In this document: positions 54,711 through 64,000 of the stretch, piece after piece
Position numbering within the stretch: position 1 is the stretch's first letter
Layout: every line of letters starts with the position of its first letter
From: Gemmatimonas sp.
Lineage (GTDB): Bacteria > Gemmatimonadota > Gemmatimonadetes > Gemmatimonadales > Gemmatimonadaceae
NCBI GenBank assembly: GCA_031414535.1
Contig: JANNVQ010000054.1
Span: 64,001 to 128,000, forward strand
Length of the DNA stretch: 64,000 nt
Reading direction: 5' to 3'
Notes under the pieces: model-generated
What the model saw: only the letters and a program-made list of their open reading frames with translations
Databases searched by the model: none
What the model was told of the DNA's origin: nothing
Made by a program: the position numbers and the translations under genes

Positions 54711-56273
54711 TCAGCCTGCCCGGCGGGCGTCGCCCACGTTAGGAGCGACCACGGGAAGGTGTTGCACCTCTGTTCCCGCGACTGGGAAGTAGAGTTGCAC
54801 GACCGTTCCGCTCCCTGCTTTGCTGTGTACTTGGACCATCCCCTCGTGATCCTTCATCATGCCGTACACCATCGTTAGGCCGAGTCCGGCACCCGCTACC
54901 GCCCCTTTGGTGGTGAAGAACGGTTCAAACATCCGCTCGGCGGTTGCCTCGTCCATGCCGACGCCGGTATCGCTCACGGAGACGCAGATGTAGTTGCCGG
55001 GCTTCAGCCAAGGATGCGACGCGCGATAGCGCGCGTCGAGCGCGCTCGCGCGGCACGCGATGTCTATAGTGCCACCATCGGGCATGGCGTCGCGGGCATT
55101 GGTGCACAGGTTGGCAAGAATCTGCTCAAAGGCACCCACGTCGATGAGGGCGGCTTCATCGCCCTCAATTGCCGTGGCCTCCAGCCTGATGTTGTCAGGC
55201 AGTATTCCTGCGATGATGTGCATGAATCCACTGACGGCCGCGTGTACATCAACGCGTTCCCGACGCAACAGCCCGCGGCGACTGAAGCTCACGAGCTGAC
55301 CAATCATGGTCGCGCCGCGCTGCGTGGCCCAGCGGATTTCCTTGAACTCCTGCTTGTCTGAGACGTGCAGCGCGTCTTCTGCGGCCAGCAACTCGGCATT
55401 CGTACGAATCGTGCTCAGTACGCTGCTAAACTCCTGCACAATGCCGGCGGTGACGAGTCCCAAGGCCTCCATCTTCTGGACCTGTCGGCGTTGCTCCTCC
55501 AGAGTGACGCGCGCTGTGAGGTCGCGCAGCACACCGCTGGCATCCAACGCGTAGCCCTGCTCCGGTGGATCGTCACCAGTGTTGCGGACGGCCGCGGTGG
55601 GAATGGCGTTCGCCTGGTTTCTCTTGCGAATCACTGCCCCCAGCCCGAGGGCCAACAGCAGCAGACCGCTTCCTGCAGATACAACTAGAGCGCGTGACCC
55701 AACGAGCGACACCGATTCCACCTGCGCCCTATCTCGAGATAGCACGGACTGTTCGTCCATCACAATCGTCTTGATCGCGGCACGCAGCGAGTCGGTAAGC
55801 TCCCGCCCCCGGAAACCCGCGATGAGCGTTGCCGCATCGCCGGCCCGCAGCGCTTGGCGGAGGGCAACCGTTCTCGACATATGCGCGCGCTGCGATGCCA
55901 GCGCCTCGCGAACATCCGCCAGCATGGGTGCTCGCTCCAGGTCACGGGCGTACAGCACCTCAAGCTTCGCCATCTCCTCGGCTTCAATTTCCAAGGCCCT
56001 TTCGTAGGGGGCGAGGAATCCAGCGTCTCCCGTGATGACGTAGCCGTGCGAACAGGACTCGGCGTCAGTCGCCGCCACAAGCAGGGCGGTCAATTGGACG
56101 ATACGCGAGGCGGCAGCTGTTCTCGAACCGTCGTCGCCAGCCAGCGCGCGGGGGGCGTTGGCGGCGGCGCGCGTGGCAGCCGCCAGGAGCAACACGCCTA
56201 CGACAAAGGCAGCCACCACAGGCCATTTGCTGTGGGATTCAGCCGAGTCCTCGGACGTCTCTAGGTGTTGCAA
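54711..56273 (-). CDS. CHASE3 plus histidine-kinase-like protein lacking the phosphoacceptor His
   Basis: DAESCSHGYVITGD (CHASE3), QKMEALGLVTAGIVQEFSSVL, NLCTNARDAM, DTGVGM, FEPFFTTK, GAGLGL; AAGGAG RBS before TTG 56273. Confidence 0.78.
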   Translation of the reverse strand: MQHLETSEDSAESHSKWPVVAAFVVGVLLLAAATRAAANAPRALAGDDGSRTAAASRIVQLTALLVAATDAESCSHGYVITGDAGFLAPYERALEIEAEEMAKLEVLYARDLERAPMLADVREALASQRAHMSRTVALRQALRAGDAATLIAGFRGRELTDSLRAAIKTIVMDEQSVLSRDRAQVESVSLVGSRALVVSAGSGLLLLALGLGAVIRKRNQANAIPTAAVRNTGDDPPEQGYALDASGVLRDLTARVTLEEQRRQVQKMEALGLVTAGIVQEFSSVLSTIRTNAELLAAEDALHVSDKQEFKEIRWATQRGATMIGQLVSFSRRGLLRRERVDVHAAVSGFMHIIAGILPDNIRLEATAIEGDEAALIDVGAFEQILANLCTNARDAMPDGGTIDIACRASALDARYRASHPWLKPGNYICVSVSDTGVGMDEATAERMFEPFFTTKGAVAGAGLGLTMVYGMMKDHEGMVQVHSKAGSGTVVQLYFPVAGTEVQHLPVVAPNVGDARRAG

Positions 56274-56435
56274 ACGATCTCCTTCGCGTTGAAACGGGAG
56301 GCGAGCATTTATACAGGAAATACTCGCTGCCCTGCGCAGGCGCACAATCACCCGAAGCCTCGCACAATTGGGCTAGCCCACTCCTCATCCTTCGCTCCGT
56401 TACAAACAGGTGGGAGACACCTAGACGGCAGCGGA

Positions 56436-56497
56436 GACGGAAGAAGGGGCGGCAGACTTTGGTCTGCCGCCCCTTCTTCCGTCATCCGTCTTCCGTC
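56436..56497. repeat. 22-bp perfect hairpin built on the heptamer, downstream of ahcY
   Basis: GACGGAAGAAGGGGCGGCAGAC-TTTG-GTCTGCCGCCCCTTCTTCCGTC followed by ATCCGTC TTCCGTC. Confidence 0.85.
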
Positions 56498-56504
56498 CAG
56501 CGTG

Positions 56505-58022
56505 CTAGTAGCGATAGTGATCCGGCTTGTACGGACCATCCACCGGCACGCCGATGTACCCAGCCTGCTTTTCGCTGAGCTTGGTGAGCTTCACGCCAAG
56601 CTTATCGATGTGCAGACGCGCGACCTTCTCGTCGAGCTTCTTTGGCAGCACGTACACCTTGTTCGCGTCGTAGGACGTGCCCGACACGGTCGGCTTGCCC
56701 TGCGCGGCGAGGTGCAGGTCAATCTGCGCCACCACCTGATTGGTGAACGAGCAGCTCATCACGAACGACGGGTGGCCGGTGGCGCAACCGAGGTTCAACA
56801 GGCGGCCTTCGGCGAGGATCAACACCGAGTGCCCGTCCGGGAAAATCCACTCATCGAACTGCGGCTTGATGTTGTTGCGCTTGATGCCCTTCAGGTTCTT
56901 CAGGCCAGCCATGTCGATTTCGTTATCGAAGTGGCCGATGTTTCCGACGATTGCCTTGTCCTTCATCTTGGCCATGTGCTCGACCGTGATGATGTCGGCG
57001 TTGCCGGTGGCGGTGATAAAGACGTCAGCGGTGCTGACGACATCGTCCAGCGTGGTGACCTGGTAGCCTTCCATCGCGGCCTGCAGCGCGCAGATGGGGT
57101 CCACTTCGGTGACGACGACGCGCGCGCCCTGCGCACGCAGCGACTGCGCCGAGCCCTTGCCCACATCGCCGTAGCCCATGACGACGGCAACCTTGCCGGC
57201 GAGCATGACGTCGGACGCGCGGAGGATGCCGTCGGTGAGCGAGTGACGGCAGCCGTAGAGGTTGTCGAACTTGGACTTGGTCACGGCGTCGTTCACGTTG
57301 ATCGCCGGGAAGAGCAGCGAACCAGCCTGCATCATCTCGTAGAGGCGGTGCACACCGGTGGTCGTCTCCTCAGAAACGCCCTTGATGGCCTTCCCCACAT
57401 TGGTCCAACGCTTCGGATCCTGCTTGAGGGTCGTGCGGAGCAGCTCAAGGATGACGCCCCACTCTTCGGGCTCGTTGGCCGCGTCAAACGCTGGAACAAC
57501 ACCAGTGGCCTCGTACTCGGTGCCCTTGTGCACGAGCATCGTGGCGTCGCCGCCGTCATCAAGAATGAGGTTCGGGCCGGCGCCATCGGGCCACATCAGC
57601 GCCTGCTCGGTGCACCACCAGTATTCCTCGAGCGTCTCGCCCTTCCAGGCGAAGACGGGCGTGCCACGCGGCTGCTCAATGCTGCCATCCTTTCCCACGA
57701 CAACGGCAGAGGCGGCGTGATCCTGCGTCGAGAAGATGTTGCAGGAGACCCAGCGCACGTCGGCGCCGAGGTCCGTGAGCGTCTCGATGAGGACCGCGGT
57801 CTGGATGGTCATGTGGAGCGAGCCCATGATGCGGGCGCCGGCAAGCGGCTTCTTGCCCTTGTACTCCTCGCGCAGAGCCATGAGGCCCGGCATCTCGTAC
57901 TCGGCGAGGCGGATTTCCTGACGGCCCCAATCGGCGAGGGTGATGTCGGCGACCTTGTAGCCAGGACGGCCGTTCTTTTCGGATGCGGCGAACGCGTGAA
58001 CCTGTGGAGCGATGGCGGTCAT
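56505..58022 (-). CDS. ahcY: Adenosylhomocysteinase
   Basis: [81 protein letters not shown]. Confidence 0.97.
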   Translation of the reverse strand: MTAIAPQVHAFAASEKNGRPGYKVADITLADWGRQEIRLAEYEMPGLMALREEYKGKKPLAGARIMGSLHMTIQTAVLIETLTDLGADVRWVSCNIFSTQDHAASAVVVGKDGSIEQPRGTPVFAWKGETLEEYWWCTEQALMWPDGAGPNLILDDGGDATMLVHKGTEYEATGVVPAFDAANEPEEWGVILELLRTTLKQDPKRWTNVGKAIKGVSEETTTGVHRLYEMMQAGSLLFPAINVNDAVTKSKFDNLYGCRHSLTDGILRASDVMLAGKVAVVMGYGDVGKGSAQSLRAQGARVVVTEVDPICALQAAMEGYQVTTLDDVVSTADVFITATGNADIITVEHMAKMKDKAIVGNIGHFDNEIDMAGLKNLKGIKRNNIKPQFDEWIFPDGHSVLILAEGRLLNLGCATGHPSFVMSCSFTNQVVAQIDLHLAAQGKPTVSGTSYDANKVYVLPKKLDEKVARLHIDKLGVKLTKLSEKQAGYIGVPVDGPYKPDHYRY

Positions 58023-58053
58023 TGTTTGAACCTCGGACTGTGTTGTGAAAATT

Positions 58054-58123
58054 GGACGGAAGACGGATGACGGATGATTGGGGAGACGGCGACCATCAAG
58101 CTTCCGTCTTCCGTCATCCGTCC
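58054..58123. repeat. Inverted heptamer arrays forming a hairpin upstream of ahcY
   Basis: GGACGGAAGACGGATGACGGATG (58054-58076) faces CTTCCGTCTTCCGTCATCCGTCC (58101-58123). Confidence 0.85.
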
Positions 58124-58125
58124 TG

Positions 58126-59064
58126 TTACAAACTGAGAACTGCGCTGAACAACGTGGGGCCCTTCGAGGTGGAGCTGGGTGGAAGCGCGTGGATGCGCGT
58201 GTGTGCGAACCCGGCCTCCTTCCCCCATTCCTTAATCTGTTCCGCATCGAAGCCCAACCAGACATGGCCCATCGTCTGACGATATTCGGCGCGGTCGTGC
58301 GGGAGCATGTCTACGAGCAGCAACTTGCCGCCCTTTGTGTTCAGCGTGCGGCGGATGCCGATGAGTACCGCCACCGGATCCGCCACGTAGTGCAACACCA
58401 GCGAGAGAATGGCGACGTCGAGCGTGTTGGCATCGATGGGAAGTTCCTCAATGCTTCCGGCGCGCAACTCGACGTTATCGAGAGAAGCGAGCCTTGCCTT
58501 TGCCGCCTTCAACATCGCCGACGATTCATCCACAGCGATCACCTGCTGTACGAACGGCGCCATCACTTCGGCGAGCTGACCGGTGCCACAACCGAGGTCA
58601 CCAATGACCTGCGATTCATTGAGCAAACCGACGAGAGCGAATAACTCCGTTCGCGTACCAAACAGTTCCGCACGGACTTTGTCCCACTGCGCCGCCGAAC
58701 TCGCAAAGAACTGTTGCGAACGCGTATGACGATCCGCCAGTACTCCCTTCACGCGTTGCGCGTCGCGGGCGGCGGCCGTGAGGGCCTCCGCTTCGTCACG
58801 CACCGCTGCCCACAACTTCCGCGTGCCGGCGTCTAGGGCTTTCGCATCCACGCGGTAGCGATTGCTCGTCCCGTCCTCTCGCGCCTGCAACCAGCCCGCG
58901 TCGGTCAGCACCTTTAAGTGTCGACTCACCGTGGACTGCGGCAACTGCAACACCGTGCGCAGTTCCGACACCGTTAGCTCGTGGCGCTCCAGCAGTAGGA
59001 GGAGCCGCGAGCGAATCGGGTCGGCCAAGGCCGACAACCGGTCGAAGAGGGGGGAACGCTTCAT
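58126..59064 (-). CDS. ArsR-HTH plus SAM-binding methyltransferase-fold regulator (SahR/SamR-like)
   Basis: [53 protein letters not shown]; directly upstream of ahcY. Confidence 0.88.
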   Translation of the reverse strand: MKRSPLFDRLSALADPIRSRLLLLLERHELTVSELRTVLQLPQSTVSRHLKVLTDAGWLQAREDGTSNRYRVDAKALDAGTRKLWAAVRDEAEALTAAARDAQRVKGVLADRHTRSQQFFASSAAQWDKVRAELFGTRTELFALVGLLNESQVIGDLGCGTGQLAEVMAPFVQQVIAVDESSAMLKAAKARLASLDNVELRAGSIEELPIDANTLDVAILSLVLHYVADPVAVLIGIRRTLNTKGGKLLLVDMLPHDRAEYRQTMGHVWLGFDAEQIKEWGKEAGFAHTRIHALPPSSTSKGPTLFSAVLSL

Positions 59065-59081
59065 CCGTATATCCGGATGAA
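59060..59081. promoter_or_regulatory. Candidate SahR-like operator palindrome over the start codon
   Basis: TTCATCCG-TATATC-CGGATGAA with perfect 8-bp arms; contains the ATG; -10-like TAACCT immediately upstream on the minus strand. Confidence 0.65.
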
Positions 59082-59084
59082 AGG

Positions 59085-59726
59085 TTACAACGCGGCGGCC
59101 ATCCGCGCAAGTCGAACGGGGTCCAAGTGGCCACCCCGGCGCACCCCCGAGCACACGTCCACACCGTGCGGGCGCACCGTGGCCACGGCCTCGGCGACGT
59201 TTTCGGCGTGGAGGCCGCCGGCCAGCCACACGGGGACGGCGGCGGCGCGCACGATGCGGGCGCTCAGGCTCCAGTCGTGCACGCGACCCGTGCCACCCAA
59301 CTCCTTGACGGCCGCGTTGGGATTGCCAGAGTCGAGCAGGAGTTCATCTACGTACGGCGCGAGCGCGATGGCCTCGGCGACGTCAGCCGCACCGCGCACG
59401 TGAATCACTTGCACGATGTGCACGTCCGGCGCGAGGCGCCGCAACTCGGCGTGTGCCCCTGCTGCGAGGGCGTCTACGAGTTGCACAGTCTCCGGCTGCA
59501 ACACACGCAGTTGCGCAGCGATGGCGGCTGGCTCGGTGCGTGACGTGAGCAGGAACGTTCGCGCGCGGCCTCTCGCCCACTGCGTGACATCGCGAATGAC
59601 ATCGTCATTCACGACGCCAGGGCCACTCGGCATATCCGAGACCAAGCCGAGCGCAGTGGCTCCGTGATGGAGCGCGAGTTCGGCCTCCGCAATGCTGGCA
59701 ATGCAACAGATCTTCAGCTGGGTCAT
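59085..59726 (-). CDS. trpF: Phosphoribosylanthranilate isomerase family protein
   Basis: LKICCI, LLLDSG, LGGTGRVHDW, WLAGGL, PHGVDVCSGV. Confidence 0.8.
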   Translation of the reverse strand: MTQLKICCIASIAEAELALHHGATALGLVSDMPSGPGVVNDDVIRDVTQWARGRARTFLLTSRTEPAAIAAQLRVLQPETVQLVDALAAGAHAELRRLAPDVHIVQVIHVRGAADVAEAIALAPYVDELLLDSGNPNAAVKELGGTGRVHDWSLSARIVRAAAVPVWLAGGLHAENVAEAVATVRPHGVDVCSGVRRGGHLDPVRLARMAAAL

Positions 59727-59737
59727 ACCGGGCGGAC

Positions 59738-60361
59738 TCAGGCTCGACGCTCAAGCGCCGCGGTGTTCTCGCGCAGCGCGTCGCCAACCCAACAGTGCAT
59801 CCCCACCCCGACCAAGCCAGCCTTACCGAATACCTTGCCATAGGCCGCCGCCGAGCGCTCGTGCCACGCAGCACGATCGCCTTCGATGGAATCGTCGGTG
59901 GTGTACGCCTCGAGGTACGCCACCCCGCCAAGCAACTCCGCAATGGCACGAAGCCCAGGCATGAGTTCCGCGTCTGGCACGTACTGCAGCACGTCGCAGA
60001 CCACGATGACATCGTAGGGCCCATCGAGGGCAACATCGGCAAGTGTACCGAAGCTGCCGGAGCGAATGTCGCGGGTGCGGCCAAAGCGCCCAATCACGTA
60101 CTCGCTGGAATCAACGCCCGTGTAGCGGAGATTCGGCCGCTCTCGGCGTAGATGCTCGCGCCAGGACCCTTCGCCGCATCCAATATCGAGCACGCTGCGC
60201 ACGGGCCGCTCCAGCAGCACCTCCGCGACGCTGAGCACGAGCCGAACCTTGCGTGCAACAGCCGCCGGAGTGATGACGCGGCGATCAGGGTCGTGGTACC
60301 ACTGTTCATAGTACGCCGCGTCGTACCGCTTGCTCACCTGCTTGCTCACCTGCTTGCTCAC
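59738..60361 (-). CDS. Class I SAM-dependent methyltransferase
   Basis: VLDIGCGEG, YTGVDSS, YDVIVVCDVLQY. Confidence 0.85.
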   Translation of the reverse strand: MSKQVSKQVSKRYDAAYYEQWYHDPDRRVITPAAVARKVRLVLSVAEVLLERPVRSVLDIGCGEGSWREHLRRERPNLRYTGVDSSEYVIGRFGRTRDIRSGSFGTLADVALDGPYDVIVVCDVLQYVPDAELMPGLRAIAELLGGVAYLEAYTTDDSIEGDRAAWHERSAAAYGKVFGKAGLVGVGMHCWVGDALRENTAALERRA

Positions 60362-60362
60362 C
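60328..60362. repeat. 12-bp tandem repeat, nearly 3 copies, at a stop/start junction
   Basis: GCTTGCTCACCT GCTTGCTCACCT GCTTGCTCACC. Confidence 0.85.
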
Positions 60363-61092
60363 GCGCTTCTCCTAGCGCCGCACGGATCTCGGCCACATCG
60401 GCCACGGCCTTGGCATCTCGCGACATCAAGGCCAGCCCCACCATCCCCTCCGCGAGTTGTGAGCCGCTGAGTGTCGCGTATCGATCACGCAGCTTGCCGC
60501 CGCCAACTGCGGCGACGCCGGCGAGTAGGGCGGCCATGGCGCTCGCGAGGAATCGCTCGACGGGCCGGTCCTCAGGGCGGTCGTCGCCCGTGATAAAGGC
60601 GGGGCGCACGATTAGATACGGCAGCCCGCTTGCGAGTAGTTCACGCTCGAGGCGCCCACGCGCGGCGAGATACGGCGTGGGCGAAGGATCCTTGGCACCG
60701 ATGGCGGAGAGATACACGAAACGCGGCGAGTGCCCAGCGGCCATCGCGGCGTCCAACACCTGCTTGGTAAGTCCGTAGTCCACGCGCTCGTACGGCTTCT
60801 CAATGCCCTCTTGGGCGGCGCGGCGACGCGTCGTCCCGAGGCAGGAGAAAATCACCGTGGGTTTGTGCGCGGCAACCATTGCAGCAATCGCGGCCGGCTC
60901 CCAGGGCGACTCGTCCACCGTGGCGCCGAGTATACTGAATCGTTCGCGCCACGCGGCGGCGTCTGACGACCCGGGACGCAGGTGCGCGACCGTGCTTACG
61001 TTACGCGAGCGCAAGGCTGCGACGAGGGCGCTGCCCGTGTATCCTGTGGCCCCCACGACAAGGGCCTTGGCGGTTGAGAAGCTGGTAGCCAT
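60358..61092 (-). CDS. NAD(P)-binding Rossmann-fold protein (atypical SDR)
   Basis: VVGATGYTG, FSCLGTT, VDYG, FVYLSAIGA, IVRPAFITG. Confidence 0.85.
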   Translation of the reverse strand: MATSFSTAKALVVGATGYTGSALVAALRSRNVSTVAHLRPGSSDAAAWRERFSILGATVDESPWEPAAIAAMVAAHKPTVIFSCLGTTRRRAAQEGIEKPYERVDYGLTKQVLDAAMAAGHSPRFVYLSAIGAKDPSPTPYLAARGRLERELLASGLPYLIVRPAFITGDDRPEDRPVERFLASAMAALLAGVAAVGGGKLRDRYATLSGSQLAEGMVGLALMSRDAKAVADVAEIRAALGEAR

Positions 61093-61132
61093 CGCGCGGA
61101 AACTAGCGCCAAGTTCGTATCATTGTATCCCT

Positions 61133-62389
61133 ATGGCGACGACTGAGGTAGTAATCATCGGGGGCGGGCTCTCCGGGCTCGCGGCTGCACAGACGCTTTC
61201 CGCAGCGGGCCTCACTCCCCTGCTGCTCGAGGCGCAGTCCGAGGTGGGCGGACGCGTGGCGACGGATTCAGTAGATGGATTCCTGCTCGACCGCGGCTTT
61301 CAGGTCTTCCTAGACTCCTATCCCGAAGCGCGCCAGCAACTCGATCTGCCCGCGCTCCAACTGCGGCGCTTCGCCCCTGGCGCGCAGATTTGGCGCGGTG
61401 ACGGGTTTGGCCGCGTCGCGGACCCGTGGCGCGATCCGGTGGCCGGCGTCGGCTCGCTCTTCTCCGGTGTGTTCACGCTGGGGGATGCCTTCCGTATGCT
61501 CAAACTGCGCTCCGACAGCGTCCTCGCGCTCGAAGGTGATGCCATCGCTCACGGTGAGGAGACGGCCGCGCGTGCTCTGCACCGCCGTGGATTCTCCGAC
61601 CGCGCGATCGAAGGATTCTTCCGGCCATTCTTCGGCGGCGTCTTCTTGGATGGCCAACTCACCGCCCCGTTGCATTGGTTCAACTTCCTCTTTGGGATGT
61701 TCGCCACCGGGAGCGCGACCCTGCCCGCGGGCGGCATGCAGGCGATTCCTCGCCAACTGGCCGCCGCGCTCCCGCCGGGTTCGCTGCGACTGAACGCGCG
61801 GGTGCGTGCGCTCAATGGGCGCCGCGTGGAGCTCGCAGACGGCGAGGTAGTCGAGGCCAGGGCGGTTGTTCTCGCAACAGACGCAAGGCAAGCGTCGGTT
61901 TTGGTGCCCGGTTCACGCGCAACGTCGTGGGCGGCCTGTGCGACGCTCTACTACGCGGCGCCCGAGTCGCCGGTGGGAGCACCGCTGCTGGTGCTCAACG
62001 GCGCCGGACGCGGAGGACCTGTGAATCACGTGTGCGTCCCCAGCGATGTGCAAGCGAGTTACGCTCCGCCTGAGCAGGCGCTTATCTCAGCCACTGTTCT
62101 CGAGAACGCCAACGCCGACGACGGGGCGCTCGACCACGAAGCGCGGCTGCAACTGGCGCAGTGGTTTGGCGAGAAGCGGGTGCAGCACTGGCGCTTGCTG
62201 CGCGTGGCTCGCGTGCCGTTCTCGCTCCCCCGCAACCTGCCGCGGCCTGACGCGATTGCCGAGGCGGTGCGCATCTCGGACGGATTATACGCCTGTGGCG
62301 ACTACCTCGAGACGCCGTCCATCAACGGTGCACTCCGCAGCGGACGTCGCGCGGCGGAGGCACTATTGGCGGATCTCAGCCGGCGCTGA
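61133..62389 (+). CDS. FAD-dependent oxidoreductase (amine oxidase family)
   Basis: VVIIGGGLSGLAAA, VGGRVATD..GFLLDRGFQV, GGMQAIP, ACGDY..SINGALRSGRRAAE. Confidence 0.9.
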   Translation: MATTEVVIIGGGLSGLAAAQTLSAAGLTPLLLEAQSEVGGRVATDSVDGFLLDRGFQVFLDSYPEARQQLDLPALQLRRFAPGAQIWRGDGFGRVADPWRDPVAGVGSLFSGVFTLGDAFRMLKLRSDSVLALEGDAIAHGEETAARALHRRGFSDRAIEGFFRPFFGGVFLDGQLTAPLHWFNFLFGMFATGSATLPAGGMQAIPRQLAAALPPGSLRLNARVRALNGRRVELADGEVVEARAVVLATDARQASVLVPGSRATSWAACATLYYAAPESPVGAPLLVLNGAGRGGPVNHVCVPSDVQASYAPPEQALISATVLENANADDGALDHEARLQLAQWFGEKRVQHWRLLRVARVPFSLPRNLPRPDAIAEAVRISDGLYACGDYLETPSINGALRSGRRAAEALLADLSRR

Positions 62390-62426
62390 GCACCGGCACA
62401 GGTGCTCAGACGGCGTTGAGGACGCC

Positions 62427-63086
62427 TTAGACGGCGTTAAGCACGCCGCAGCCCAGCTGCTGCGCGTGGCAGGTGGCGAAGACGCCAGTCGGCATGCGAT
62501 AGATGCCGGCAATCAGATTGGCATTCACCAGCGCCGCTGCGTCCTGACGCGGAATCTTGCGATGGTTTGCGATGCGACCGGTGAAGTTGCGCAGGGCGAG
62601 GTCGCAGGCGAGCACGATGACACCGCGGGAAATCAGGGTGTCGAGTGCCCCGTCCGCCCACGTGAGCGCGTGCGGCGCGCCCACGGGAATGTTTACAAAC
62701 GGATTGCGCTTGGTGGGCTCACCGGTGACGGGATCCTTGAGCGTCGAGCCCTCGGCGAGAAATCCATCGGCCCACAGGGTGTCGTTCATCACCATCGGCA
62801 CGGCGCCGTGACGAATCACGAGCACAGCAGAGACATCGCGGTCCGCGAGCCCGTACACCTCTTTGTAGCCCTGAATGAACGAGCGCGCCTGATGCAGGCA
62901 CACGCCGTCCGAAATCTCATGCGCATCAAAGCACATCTTGTGGCGCCCGGTGACGCGCTCGGTCCAGGACATATCCCAGCTGCCCTGCGCGACGGGTGCA
63001 GGCGCCTGTGCCTCGAGGGAGCCCGCGGCCACCGTACCGGCGGCGAGAACAGAGGCTTTGCGGAGAAAATCGCGACGCTGCGTCAT
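62427..63086 (-). CDS. Tat-exported DsrE-like protein
   Basis: QRRDFL twin-arginine signal, VLVIRHG, LISRGVIVLACDLAL; ATG overlaps lspA stop. Confidence 0.7.
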   Translation of the reverse strand: MTQRRDFLRKASVLAAGTVAAGSLEAQAPAPVAQGSWDMSWTERVTGRHKMCFDAHEISDGVCLHQARSFIQGYKEVYGLADRDVSAVLVIRHGAVPMVMNDTLWADGFLAEGSTLKDPVTGEPTKRNPFVNIPVGAPHALTWADGALDTLISRGVIVLACDLALRNFTGRIANHRKIPRQDAAALVNANLIAGIYRMPTGVFATCHAQQLGCGVLNAV

Positions 63087-63649
63087 TGCTCGGGGCTCTG
63101 GTCGGTGAGGGAAGTTACTTGGAGCGTACTCGCCACTCGGTCTTCGCGCCATAGGAGCAGGGCCAAGAGCGCGGCGCCACAGGTCACACCAATGTCGGCC
63201 ACGTTAAAGATCCAGAAGCGCCATCCCGACGTGCCGACGTCAATAAAATCCACGACGCCGAGGGTGTGGCGGAGACGATCTACGAGATTGCCGAGCGCGC
63301 CAGCCGTGATGAGGGCGAGCGCCAAGGGCACGGCGCGCGCATCCCGCGCGGTGCCGCGGAGCAGCCTGAAGAGGTACACGACCATCAGGATGGCCACGAT
63401 GCTGAAGAACGGACGCGACAGATTGCCAATCGAAAGGCTCATCGCCGCGCCGGTGTTGTACGTGAGCGTCCAGCGTAGCGCGGCACCGAGCACGTCCACG
63501 GGAACGTGCAACTCCAGCGCGCGTTCGGCCCAACGCTTGGTGATGACGTCGAGCGTCAGCACGCTGAGCATCACGGACCAGAAAATCAGGTCGCGGGAGC
63601 CGCGGACGGACTTCGCTGATGAGGGTGCGGTCAAGTCAGATTCGGTCAT
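63083..63649 (-). CDS. lspA: Lipoprotein signal peptidase II
   Basis: LDVITK, YNTGAAMS, GALGNLVDR, VVDFI, IFNVAD. Confidence 0.93.
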   Translation of the reverse strand: MTESDLTAPSSAKSVRGSRDLIFWSVMLSVLTLDVITKRWAERALELHVPVDVLGAALRWTLTYNTGAAMSLSIGNLSRPFFSIVAILMVVYLFRLLRGTARDARAVPLALALITAGALGNLVDRLRHTLGVVDFIDVGTSGWRFWIFNVADIGVTCGAALLALLLWREDRVASTLQVTSLTDQSPEQ

Positions 63650-63734
63650 GGCAGTCACAGAGTGCGTCAGTCGTCGTAATTTACCCCACGCTTCTCCCTC
63701 GGTGTACGCCGCACCGCGGGCGGGTGTTTCCTGA

Positions 63735-64000
63735 ATGCCTCTTTTAAACGCGCCCCTGCTTCCCGTTGATGAGGTGCTGCCTGCGCTGCAGGCTGCACTG
63801 GCGCAGCACGGTCACGCGGTGCTCGTGGCGGCGCCGGGGGCGGGCAAAACCACGCGCGTGCCTCTGGCACTGCTTGACGCGCCGTGGCGAGGGGACGGAC
63901 GCATCCTCGTGTTGGAACCGCGTCGGTTAGCGGCACGCGCCGCCGCCGAACAGATGTCGAGGCTGCTTGGCGAAGCGGTGGGGCGCCAGGTGGGCTACCG
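63735..64000 (+). CDS. hrpB: ATP-dependent RNA helicase HrpB (5' part, runs off window)
   Basis: Manual translation gives [52 protein letters not shown]. Confidence 0.9.
   Translation, partial: MPLLNAPLLPVDEVLPALQAALAQHGHAVLVAAPGAGKTTRVPLALLDAPWRGDGRILVLEPRRLAARAAAEQMSRLLGEAVGRQVGY

Noticed and set aside
56265..58070. 601-aa plus-strand ORF
   Set aside because: Antisense shadow of ahcY; long reverse-frame ORFs are expected at high GC3 and it has no motifs
62046..63734. 562-aa plus-strand ORF
   Set aside because: Antisense to lspA and the Tat protein and out of frame with the oxidoreductase; no motifs

Overview
GC-rich bacterial chromosomal window, mostly housekeeping. Gene content suggests a Gemmatimonadota-like genome (inference only). 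In order: iscS-[long structured leader]-rtcB-mnmA, osmC, a cupredoxin-like protein, two signal-less pilin-like genes; a long minus-strand block (SRP RNA, dnaX-ybaB-recR-orf-mglB-mglA-pgsA-cinA, Uma2, grpE-dnaJ); a degenerate phosphoribulokinase-like gene; ltaE-membrane protein-sensorless kinase-NarL regulator; a sugar-metabolism block (tal-pyk-MBL-pgi, class II aldolase) interrupted by a hybrid kinase; a putative polysaccharide-synthesis/phosphorelay module (CHASE3 kinase, processive GT2, HEAT protein, Hpt-REC-degenerate GGDEF-REC, single REC, secreted TPR glycoside hydrolase, and a nearby TPR-beta-barrel); a SARP/BTAD regulator, lipoproteins, a CarH-like B12 photoreceptor, a His-less CHASE3 pseudokinase, a SahR-like regulator with ahcY, lspA and the start of hrpB. 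No rRNA, tRNA, CRISPR array or transposase was recognised. Best leads: (1) a ~500-nt promoter-driven structured leader before rtcB, with a short ORF, two terminator-like hairpins and a 13-nt long-range alternative pairing; (2) the GT2/HEAT/phosphorelay/hydrolase/beta-barrel module; (3) a palindrome over the sahR-like start codon, a sigma54-type promoter at grpE, dispersed heptamer repeats and a nested ~230-bp palindrome. All product calls come from motif recognition by eye; no database searches were run.
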